Source: an uncultured archaeon
GTDB taxonomy: Archaea > Iainarchaeota > Iainarchaeia > Iainarchaeales > CSSED10-239
DNA length: 32,000 bases
Direction: 5' to 3'
NCBI GenBank assembly: GCA_964463155.1
Contig: CAYXAY010000001.1
Location: forward strand, 46,207-78,206
How positions within the stretch are numbered: the first letter of the stretch is position 1; the number at the start of each line of letters is the position of its first letter. Of the stretch, positions 16,312-23,861 are shown piece after piece. The notes below the pieces were generated by a model. That model saw only the letters and a program-made list of their open reading frames with translations, ran no database searches and was not told the origin of the DNA. Position numbers and translations under genes: made by a program.

Positions 16312-16719
16312 TCACCTTTCTATTGCAAATTTCTTTTTTAGGAGGTTTCCACAAACCTCACAGGTTGCAGAAGTGTTAAGTATATTTTTACATTTCTTAC
16401 AGATCGTTCTAATAACTCCAAGCTCTTGGTTGTTTGTAACCATCTTATATTCATAAGGTCCAACCTCTGATATCTTTGCCCTTATGATATCTCCTTTAGA
16501 GAAACAATCAGATGTTGATTCAACAAACTTGGTGTCCATGTTCTTAACAAACAACACCCCCATATCTGCAGGAGATAAAACCTTGTTTTCAGCATTGACT
16601 ACTTCAACAACAGCCATATTATCTTTAACAACAACAATCTCGCCAATTACAATGTCTCCAACAGCAAGCTTCTCTTTCTTTCTGATATTAGCTAGTACTG
16701 TGCTTAACTCTATATTCAT
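16312..16719 (-). CDS. csl4: Exosome subunit Csl4-like protein (S1 domain plus zinc ribbon)
   Basis: S1-like VGDIVIGEIVVVKDNMAVVEV and a C-terminal CKKC...CEVC zinc ribbon. It is short, so the usual N-terminal domain appears to be missing. Confidence 0.65.
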   Translation of the reverse strand: MNIELSTVLANIRKKEKLAVGDIVIGEIVVVKDNMAVVEVVNAENKVLSPADMGVLFVKNMDTKFVESTSDCFSKGDIIRAKISEVGPYEYKMVTNNQELGVIRTICKKCKNILNTSATCEVCGNLLKKKFAIER

Positions 16720-16816
16720 AAATTAGTTCCATTTTATAAGTTTTGTTCTACTATATATTTATATAAAAAAACATTTATATATTGTTGGTTTAAATATTCT
16801 TTAGGAGTGAAAGGCA
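16720..16816. promoter_or_regulatory. Divergent promoter region between csl4 (-) and the SpoIIM-like gene (+)
   Basis: A 97-bp AT-rich spacer holds several TATA-like motifs (ATATATTTATATAAAAA, CATTTATATATT). AGGAG lies upstream of the ATG at 16817. Confidence 0.35.
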
Positions 16817-17674
16817 ATGGTACTAGAATTCATATATAGTCCACAAAAGATATTAAAAAGACCAAGTATAATTTTTTTTGAGGCGGTATTTATCTCTTTG
16901 ATGTCTGTTGTCTTTTCAGTATACATCTTTCCAAAGCAATACATAAGTATAGGAATTTTGGCATTTATTACAATAGGACTTATCCCAATCTTTGCAAAGC
17001 TTTTCTCATACAACTCCTATCTTTTCAATTATTCCGAAGGTTTCTTTCAAAGGCACAAGACTTTAATTTTTCAGATTATGTATGTGTTTTTAGGAATCTT
17101 TGTTGCCTTTATTTTTTTGTTTTTTGTTGTTAGCTCACAAACAAGGGACGTAATTTTTGCAACACAGTTTTCAGAAATAAAGGGCGTTGAAGAAATAAGA
17201 AACTCAATTACCGGGCAAGTGAGTGCAACACAAATTAAAGAGAATAAATTCTCAATGGTTTTTAATATAGTCTTTAAGAACAATCTTGGAGTAATTCTAA
17301 GAGCAGCTGCCTTGTCTTTTTTCTATGGTGCTGGTGCAATCTTTTTGATTGCCTGGAATGCATCAATTCTTGCAGTAGTTATTGCAAACAACATCTTTCT
17401 TGGAATGGGTGGACCAGTCGGTGTTCTTGATGCATTACAAGGAATCGGCCAATCTCTTGTTAATCTTTTAGGTTATGTTCCTCATGGTCTTCCAGAAATG
17501 CTTGCATATTTTATAGTTAGTTTTGCAGGAGCAATCTTTGCAAGGGACTTGATGAAGGGTCTATTCACTACTGAGTTTAGATTGGTAGTGATAAAGGATC
17601 TTTTGTGGCTTATATTTATTGCAATGCTTCTCTTAGTAATTGGCGCATTAATAGAAGCAAGCTATTTCTTATAG
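16817..17674 (+). CDS. SpoIIM/DUF95-like integral membrane protein
   Basis: Polytopic membrane protein with FFYGAGAIFLIAWNASIL and VPHGLPEMLAYFIVSFAG motifs reminiscent of the stage II sporulation protein M family. Confidence 0.55.
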   Translation: MVLEFIYSPQKILKRPSIIFFEAVFISLMSVVFSVYIFPKQYISIGILAFITIGLIPIFAKLFSYNSYLFNYSEGFFQRHKTLIFQIMYVFLGIFVAFIFLFFVVSSQTRDVIFATQFSEIKGVEEIRNSITGQVSATQIKENKFSMVFNIVFKNNLGVILRAAALSFFYGAGAIFLIAWNASILAVVIANNIFLGMGGPVGVLDALQGIGQSLVNLLGYVPHGLPEMLAYFIVSFAGAIFARDLMKGLFTTEFRLVVIKDLLWLIFIAMLLLVIGALIEASYFL

Positions 17675-17721
17675 CCTTATTCTTGTAGCTTTATATATTT
17701 TTTTGTATTAAATATATTTAT

Positions 17722-18723
17722 ATGCAAGACCATAATTATCTTTTAAGATATCCTTTCTCAAACAAGGCAAGAGAGTACATTCAAAACAACGGAATTGACT
17801 TGCTATCAGTGGAGTATCAGACATTAGAGAAAGTAAAAAAGTTTTTAACAGACGAGATGAACCAAGACCACAACACTTTAGAAAGATATTGGTTCCAGTT
17901 ATCAAACATAAATGACGAGGCAATAGCAATAAGCTATGTTAAGATTTATCCGTTGTCAAAGGTTATTCTTTCAATAATTGGCAATGTTCCATTAACACAG
18001 TCTTTTGCAAACTATTATCAAAAAAGGTTTTTATATTTTTCAAGTAAGGAAAAAATATCAGAAAATTTCAAGGAAATAACAAAAGACATTTGCCCAAAGC
18101 TTAAGTGTGATGCGTCAAAAGAGCAATATTACATTTCATTGATTGACTTGTTGACTCTTGATTTAGGAGAGGACTACAAGCTACAATACACAAACCTTAA
18201 AGAAGGAAATATTTTCTTTCCAGGAAAAGAACAGTTATTGGCTTTTTTGGCAGTTGTTCTAAAGAAAAGAATATTAAGAACAACCGAAGTTAATAAAAAA
18301 GAGCTTCCAAAAGCCTTTCTAGAAATTGCAGAATGCATAAAAAGAAATTATCTTTCAAAACAAAGAACACAAGACAATGTTGATTACAGGTATTCAGGGA
18401 AACTTTCAAACAATCAGTTTCCTCCATGCTTTGACAAGTTTTACAATGACTTGTTGTCAGGAAAAAAGCTATCGCATGTTGCAAACTATCACTTGGCTGT
18501 TTTTCTTGCAGGAGTCGGCTATGATTTTAATGAGATTTTAAATATCTACAGTAACGCCCCTAACTTTGAGCAAAAGACCGCAAGCTATCAGATAAAAAAA
18601 ATCTTTGAAAAAAAATACTCAATAGCAAACTGCGAAACCCTTAAATCAAATGATCTTTGCGTTTATGAATGCAAGATCAAACACCCTTTACAATTATTGA
18701 AAAAAGACAAAACAAAAAAATAA
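17722..18723 (+). CDS. priL: DNA primase large (regulatory) subunit PriL
   Basis: FPPCFDKFYNDLLSGKKLSHVANYHLAVFLAGVGY motif, plus C-terminal cysteines (ANCETLKSNDLCVYEC) consistent with the PriL Fe-S domain. Confidence 0.85.
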   Translation: MQDHNYLLRYPFSNKAREYIQNNGIDLLSVEYQTLEKVKKFLTDEMNQDHNTLERYWFQLSNINDEAIAISYVKIYPLSKVILSIIGNVPLTQSFANYYQKRFLYFSSKEKISENFKEITKDICPKLKCDASKEQYYISLIDLLTLDLGEDYKLQYTNLKEGNIFFPGKEQLLAFLAVVLKKRILRTTEVNKKELPKAFLEIAECIKRNYLSKQRTQDNVDYRYSGKLSNNQFPPCFDKFYNDLLSGKKLSHVANYHLAVFLAGVGYDFNEILNIYSNAPNFEQKTASYQIKKIFEKKYSIANCETLKSNDLCVYECKIKHPLQLLKKDKTKK

Positions 18724-18731
18724 GATAAAAT

Positions 18732-20273
18732 ATGTTTGGATTAAAGAAAAAACCAAAAAACAAAAACAAGTTAGTGTTAATTATTCTTGATGGCGTAGGA
18801 GTCAATAGACCAGGTAAGGGTAATGCTGTTACATTAGCAAACATGGCAATCTTTAACAGTCTAAAAACCAATTACCCTAATATGGTTCTTGGAGCAAGCG
18901 AAGAATATGTGGGTCTTCCAAAAAAACAGATTGGGTCTTCAGAGATTGGTCATTTTACTTTAGGGGCAGGGAGAATAGTTGATTCAGAAATTGTAAGAAT
19001 TGACAAGGCAATAAAGAACGGAGAGTTCTACAAAAACCAAACACTAAACACAGAACTTTCAAAAGTAAAAGGCTTTAATGCTTTGCATATTGTGGGATTG
19101 TTAAGCGATGGCGGAGTGCATTCTTCTATCAATCATTTGTTTGCTTTGCTTGAAGTAGTAAACCGACACAATAACCTTTCACAAGTATATCTTCATCTTT
19201 TTACAGACGGTAGAGATGTTTCTCCAAATTCTTCAAAGTTTTACATAGAGGAACTGCAAAAAAGAATTGCAGGAAACCACAAGATCCAGATAGCAAGTAT
19301 CTGCGGAAGATATTATGGAATGGATAGGGACAATCGCTGGGATAGGCAAAAAAAATTATACAATTTAGTTGTTAGTGGGATAGGCGAAAGAGCAACAGAC
19401 CCTTTAGCATACATTGAAAACTGTTATTCAAAAGGAATAACAGATGAGTTTATCACGCCTACATTATTCAATGAAAACGGCTTAATCAAAAACCACGACA
19501 CAGTAATATTTTTTAATTTCAGAAGCGACAGGGCCCGCGAGTTTACAAAAATGCTAATTGACAAGTCCTTTGACAAGTTCCATACAAAGAAAATGAATAT
19601 TAATTTTATAAGTTTTACAGAGTATGATTCAGAGTTTAAGAACAGAAAAGTGTTATTCCCTCCTATTAAACAACCAGCAGGTCTTGGAAAAATAATTTCT
19701 GATCTTGGATACAAGCAATTAAGGATAGCAGAAACAGAAAAGTACGCTCATGTCACTTATTTTTTCAATCAAGGCGACGAACGCCCTTACAAGAAAGAAG
19801 ACAGAATACTTGTTCCTTCGCCAAGCGTTTCAACCTATGATCAAAAACCAGAGATGTCTGCTAAACTAATAACTCAAAAGCTTATTGAAAAACTAAATGA
19901 TGACTATAAGCTATATGTTGTTAATTTTGCAAATGGCGACATGGTAGGACACACCGGTAACATTGAAGCAACAGTAAAAGCAATGACAATTGTTGACCAA
20001 TGTCTTGAGCAGATAATTAAAAGAATAAATCTTGAAGACACGACAGTTATAATAACAGCAGACCATGGCAATTGTGATGAGATGTTAACACCTGACGGGC
20101 AAGTTAATACCGCGCACAGCCTAAACAAGGTTCCTTTCATTCTTATATCAAACAAAGAACACAAATTAAGAAACGATAGCAATTGCTCAATAGCTAATGT
20201 AACTCCAACAATCCTAAAACTTCTAGAAGAAAAGGTTCCAAAATACATGACAGAGGATTTACTTGATTATTAG
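18732..20273 (+). CDS. gpmI: 2,3-bisphosphoglycerate-independent phosphoglycerate mutase (GpmI/iPGM type)
   Basis: LVLIILDGVGV, GSSEIGHFTLGAGR, HLFTDGRD, GDMVGHTG and ITADHGNCDEM motifs. The 513-aa size is typical of bacterial-type iPGM. Confidence 0.9.
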   Translation: MFGLKKKPKNKNKLVLIILDGVGVNRPGKGNAVTLANMAIFNSLKTNYPNMVLGASEEYVGLPKKQIGSSEIGHFTLGAGRIVDSEIVRIDKAIKNGEFYKNQTLNTELSKVKGFNALHIVGLLSDGGVHSSINHLFALLEVVNRHNNLSQVYLHLFTDGRDVSPNSSKFYIEELQKRIAGNHKIQIASICGRYYGMDRDNRWDRQKKLYNLVVSGIGERATDPLAYIENCYSKGITDEFITPTLFNENGLIKNHDTVIFFNFRSDRAREFTKMLIDKSFDKFHTKKMNINFISFTEYDSEFKNRKVLFPPIKQPAGLGKIISDLGYKQLRIAETEKYAHVTYFFNQGDERPYKKEDRILVPSPSVSTYDQKPEMSAKLITQKLIEKLNDDYKLYVVNFANGDMVGHTGNIEATVKAMTIVDQCLEQIIKRINLEDTTVIITADHGNCDEMLTPDGQVNTAHSLNKVPFILISNKEHKLRNDSNCSIANVTPTILKLLEEKVPKYMTEDLLDY

Positions 20274-20284
20274 AAAGTGATTCT

Positions 20285-21316
20285 ATGAATATCTTATCTT
20301 TGCAAAAAGAAGGAAAGCTTATTTTTATTCCTCAGACCATTGAGGATTTATGGATAATTAAGTCAATAACAGATATTGGCGACACCATATCTGGTTCTTC
20401 CTTTAGAAGAGTAAGAGGTAATGAAGAGGACAGCGAGTCTTCAAGAAAGCCAATCTTTGTTTCAATTTCAATTGAGAAGTTTGATTTTTCTAATGAGCTT
20501 AATTCCTTAAGATTTACAGGAAAGATAATAGAAGGAAAGCCAAAAGAGCTTGCTCCTCTCGGTGAGCACCACACTCTTGAGATTCAATTAAACAAAAGCT
20601 ATACTTTGACTAAGCCTGAGTTCTTTTCTCACCAACTTGATTTGTTAAAAAATAGCTCTGCTTTTTCGTCTTCAATACTTTTGATTGCTCTTGATGATGA
20701 GAAGGCAAATATATTTGAACTTACAAACATTGGAACAAACGAGATAACAAACATTGACTCAGGAAAGCATGGTAAAAGATATTCCTGTGATTTTGATTTC
20801 TCTGATTTCGTTAATCAAATCTTTTCAGTAGTCTCAAGATATGATTGTCAGATGATTATTGCGGGTCCTGGAGCGACAAAAACCAATCTTTCTAGTTTTT
20901 TAAAACAGAAAAACCCTAAACTAAAAATCCTTGAAATAAATATTTCAAACACCGCCAAGTCTTCAATCTCTGAACTGTTTACTAAAGAAGAGGTTTCTAG
21001 GTTTTTTGAAAACTCAATAGTCTACAAGGAACAAAAGATAATGGAAACTTTTCTTGAAAATCTAGGAAAAGGCAATAACAAGGTAACTTATGCTTTTTTG
21101 GAAGTTTCTAAAGCTTTGGAGCTAGGTGCTTGTGAGAGTATTCTTATCTCTGAAGAGTTATGGAAAAAGGACATGGACAAAGTCCAAGCGCTTATAAGAA
21201 AGGCAGACAGTTTAAAGACCAAGATCCATATAGTTGATGAAACCCATGAAATTTCAAAGTCCTTAAAGTCCTTTGGCGGCATCATCTCTATTCTAAGATA
21301 CCCATTAACTCTCTAA
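20285..21316 (+). CDS. pelA: mRNA surveillance protein Pelota (Dom34 homologue)
   Basis: N-terminus ...GKLIFIPQTIEDLWIIKSITDIGDTISGSSFRRV, a central domain with IIAGPGATK, and a C-terminal eRF1-domain-3-like region. 343 aa. Confidence 0.85.
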   Translation: MNILSLQKEGKLIFIPQTIEDLWIIKSITDIGDTISGSSFRRVRGNEEDSESSRKPIFVSISIEKFDFSNELNSLRFTGKIIEGKPKELAPLGEHHTLEIQLNKSYTLTKPEFFSHQLDLLKNSSAFSSSILLIALDDEKANIFELTNIGTNEITNIDSGKHGKRYSCDFDFSDFVNQIFSVVSRYDCQMIIAGPGATKTNLSSFLKQKNPKLKILEINISNTAKSSISELFTKEEVSRFFENSIVYKEQKIMETFLENLGKGNNKVTYAFLEVSKALELGACESILISEELWKKDMDKVQALIRKADSLKTKIHIVDETHEISKSLKSFGGIISILRYPLTL

Positions 21317-21364
21317 TTCTAACAGATATTTAAAAGACAAATAGTTATCTGGTATATACGCTAG

Positions 21365-22080
21365 GTGAATTTTCAGGAATTTTAACAAACAATTTTACTT
21401 TTTTTAATTTTAATAATTCCTTTAGTGACAATAAACACAAAGTCTGAAATATCGATTAAATGTAATAATGCCGAATGTAATTACAATTGGTATACTACAG
21501 ATGTTAACATTACTTTAATATGTACCATATCAACAGACGGCCAGATTGTAATGCCACTTATTATAAAATTAATGTAGTTACAGCGTTTTTAGCATATCCT
21601 GAATCAATTACATTTTTAGAGATAGAAATCATACAATTGAGTTTTATTCTGTAGACAATGTTACTGATAATAACACAGAAACACCAATACAAACAAGTAA
21701 TATTGCAATTGATAAAATTGCTCCAACAACCACTAAAAATTATGATTGTTCTTGACATAGTTCCGAGTTCAATGTTACATTAATTCTAACAGATGCCACC
21801 AGTGAATTGCAAACACTTACTATTGTTTTGTTAATAACGATGAATGCATACCTAACACAATTGAAACAACAATTCTATTTACTTGTGTAGCAGGAATAAC
21901 AGCATAAGCAATATTAAAACCAAAGCAAACTATAACTGGTTATTAATACTTGTAGGGATCTTTGTAGCAGCAATGATTATATTCTTAACATCAAAACTAA
22001 GGCAAAATGCTAATCCAATGACTTTCAGCTATAACAAGCACAAATTCTTAAGCCCTTTTGGCTCAATTAGAAGAATATAA
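21365..22080 (+). pseudogene. Decayed gene for a secreted, C-terminally membrane-anchored surface protein with Ig-like/beta-sandwich repeats
   Basis: A coherent protein can be rebuilt only by hopping frames. Segments: GTG 21365 MNFQEF, in-frame TAA 21383-85, signal-peptide-like TILLFLILIIPLV, then KCNNAECNYNWYTTDVNITLICT (frame 2). Next come CNATYYKINVV (frame 1), then FRDRNHTIEFYSVDNVTDNNTETPIQTSNIAIDKIAPTTTKNYDCS, TGA 21753-55, and HSSEFNVTLILTDATS (frame 3). The last pieces are TYYCFVNNDECIPNT..LFTCVAG (frame 2) and the transmembrane anchor WLLILVGIFVAAMIIFLT (frame 1). Confidence 0.6.
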
Positions 22081-22088
22081 TAACACAT

Positions 22089-22358
22089 TTAATGTGTTAT
22101 ATTTCTATTTATTGGTTTTCTTGTAGGTATGGTGTTAGGGCCAACTTTTATCTTTAATGCAGCCGCTTCTTTCTTTTCTTTTTTTACATTTCTTGTGATA
22201 TAAGCAGACATCAAGTTTATGGTTAGTTTTGACAATGGAAGATTCATAGTCTTAATAAACTCCTTGTTTGCCTTGAAATCAACCCCTAAGTCTTCCTTAA
22301 ACTCATTGTAAATAATCTTTGCTTTTGCTTTTATCTTGTTTGACATTGCTTTGCCCAT
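22089..22358 (-). CDS. rps17e: 30S ribosomal protein eS17 (S17e)
   Basis: MGKAMSNKIKAKAKIIYNEFKEDLGVDFKANKEFI....SKLTINLMSAYITR parallels the archaeal S17e pattern MG..R...IKR.A......Y...F..DF..NK........SK..RN.IAGYITR. AGGAG lies 9 nt upstream of the ATG at 22358. Confidence 0.8.
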   Translation of the reverse strand: MGKAMSNKIKAKAKIIYNEFKEDLGVDFKANKEFIKTMNLPLSKLTINLMSAYITRNVKKEKKEAAALKIKVGPNTIPTRKPINRNITH

Positions 22359-22371
22359 ATTCATACTCTCC

Positions 22372-22578
22372 TTAATTTACTGTAACAACTACTTTTTTAT
22401 TATTAATATTTCTAATGACTGCTAGTGGCATAGTCTTACTATCGAATTCCTCTTTTGCAATCACATAAGCGGTATCATTCCTATGCACCTTAACAAGTGC
22501 TGGCGCCCCACAGGACAATTGCTGTGCCCTAGCAGATATTAGCCTTGTAATCTCATATTTTGTAAGTTTTCCAACCAT
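22372..22578 (-). CDS. rpoK: DNA-directed RNA polymerase subunit K (Rpo6, omega homologue)
   Basis: LTKYEITRLISARAQQLSCGAPALV...YVIAKEEFDSKTMPLAVIR matches the Rpo6/RpoK core motif. Confidence 0.85.
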   Translation of the reverse strand: MVGKLTKYEITRLISARAQQLSCGAPALVKVHRNDTAYVIAKEEFDSKTMPLAVIRNINNKKVVVTVN

Positions 22579-22667
22579 AAATTCTCATATTAAATATAAT
22601 CTAACTAAAATAAGGTCTTTAAGTCTATATAATATATATCGTTAGTTAGGTTTAAATATTATTCTTT

Positions 22668-23201
22668 TTAGACCAAAAACAGATATGTCCAAAAACCAAC
22701 CAATAATAGCCTGATTGCTATGACTTTATCAAAAAGCTTAAAGATTCCAAGCACTATTAACAAGACTAAAGTTAAAGGGGACAATAGTATCTTTACTAAT
22801 AGCTTCCAGGTCTCCTGTTTCTTTGTATAGCTTTTCTTAATGGTCTCAAAAGAGTTGTTTGTGTCCTGATCACTAGGAACAGAAAAGAAAAGAGCAGGTA
22901 TCCCAATCCAAACCAATAGCAGTTTATAGAATGGTTCAGAGGTCAACAGAAATATCCTGGCGCAAAAAAGAGCAATCAATATATTAAATATAAACGGGAA
23001 CAAAGATATCATAATTATCTTATAGCTTCTAGAATCACCATGTACAACAAAGCCCCCGTTTTTTCCAATAAGCTTGATTCTTTTTATTGGAACATTAAGG
23101 AAGATACATGCAATAGCATGAGCGCATTCATGCAAAACGATGCCCGGAAAGAACAACACATGCATTATCTGATTAAGTTCCATAGATAATAAGTATATCA
23201 A
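22668..23201 (-). CDS. Polytopic membrane protein with HExxH motif (M50B-like/DUF3267-like putative zinc metalloprotease)
   Basis: FFPGIVLHECAHAIACIFLNVPIKRIKL lies at the end of the first transmembrane helix, with at least 4 further hydrophobic segments. The start overlaps the stop of the upstream pilin-like gene by 4 nt (ATGA). Confidence 0.5.
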   Translation of the reverse strand: MIYLLSMELNQIMHVLFFPGIVLHECAHAIACIFLNVPIKRIKLIGKNGGFVVHGDSRSYKIIMISLFPFIFNILIALFCARIFLLTSEPFYKLLLVWIGIPALFFSVPSDQDTNNSFETIKKSYTKKQETWKLLVKILLSPLTLVLLIVLGIFKLFDKVIAIRLLLVGFWTYLFLV

Positions 23202-23584
23202 CCAATATTTAAAGCATTATTTTGCTTTGTAAAGACAAGTTTTTGCTTTTTCTCAATAACTTTTGTTTTTAGGTTGACAGTAGTTTCAGTAACAATTTTG
23301 CAGTCTTTTTTTCTGTTTTTTAAAACAATTTCTTTACCAGTCCTTTCGATGTTCCATATTTCAAGATTACTGGCCCCAATTTCTTTTTTGCCTTCAGGCA
23401 TCAACTCAAACAACTCAATAATGTCTTTTGTTTCTTTGCAAAAATCTAAAAACCGTGAGTTGTCAATAGTTTCAATATTTCTATTATACAAAGAAACAAT
23501 GCCGGCAACAATAAGCCCCAGAACAGACACAACACAAGCAAACAAAAGTATATACTCAAGACTAACAATTCCTTTCTTATTCAT
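23198..23584 (-). CDS. Pilin-like protein with class III signal peptide (module 3)
   Basis: N-terminus MNKKGIVSLEYILLFACVVSVLGLIVAGIV has KKG|IVSLE with Glu at +5, nearly identical in pattern to the ORF at 12547-12753. It has an ATGA overlap with the upstream small pilin gene. Confidence 0.55.
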   Translation of the reverse strand: MNKKGIVSLEYILLFACVVSVLGLIVAGIVSLYNRNIETIDNSRFLDFCKETKDIIELFELMPEGKKEIGASNLEIWNIERTGKEIVLKNRKKDCKIVTETTVNLKTKVIEKKQKLVFTKQNNALNIG

Positions 23585-23760
23585 TTAATATCATCAATCT
23601 TATCAAATATCTTATCTGATGTTTTTTCCACTTGAGTGTTTGCCTTTGCAGTTGTCTTTTGAAGTTGAGTAATAATCACAAGAACAATAGCAACAATTGC
23701 TGCAAGAAGAATAATCATCTCTGCAGATATCTGCGCTCTACAATCATCCATTAGTTTCAT
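23581..23760 (-). CDS. Small archaeal pilin (Class_III signal peptide, Epd-type), 59 aa; below the track's ORF size cutoff
   Basis: Manual translation of the minus strand gives MKLMDDCRAQISAEMIILLAAIVAIVLVIITQLQKTTAKANTQVEKTSDKIFDKIDDIK. The R-A|Q-I-S-A-E motif (Glu at +5) plus the hydrophobic helix matches methanogen-type small pilins (..RGQISxE..). Confidence 0.6.
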   Translation of the reverse strand: MKLMDDCRAQISAEMIILLAAIVAIVLVIITQLQKTTAKANTQVEKTSDKIFDKIDDIK

Positions 23761-23861
23761 AAATAATCTCTGTTCTTTTCTCCTTTATAAATCCAGCCGA
23801 TGTGATTTTTTGTAAATTTGAAGAATAGTTATTTAAAACAAAATACACATAAATATTAATA
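23761..23861. promoter_or_regulatory. Divergent promoter region between pilin module 3 (-) and rad50 (+)
   Basis: A 101-bp spacer contains CCTTTATAAATCC and other A/T-rich TATA-like elements. Confidence 0.3.

Noticed and set aside
21753-21755. TGA at a position where the repeat consensus has Trp, which could suggest TGA-to-Trp recoding in this organism.
   Set aside because: TGA is used as a genuine stop by well-supported genes in the window, including the histidine phosphatase fragment at 195-197 and priS at 27376-78. The same region also carries an in-frame TAA and several frameshifts. A TGG-to-TGA nonsense mutation in a pseudogene is the simpler explanation.
21561-22080. Track ORFs 21561-21758 (-) and 21883-22080 (+) treated as independent small genes.
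   Set aside because: The plus-strand ORF is the C-terminal transmembrane-anchor fragment of the frameshifted surface-protein pseudogene. The minus-strand ORF is antisense to recognisable domain remnants and has no features of its own.
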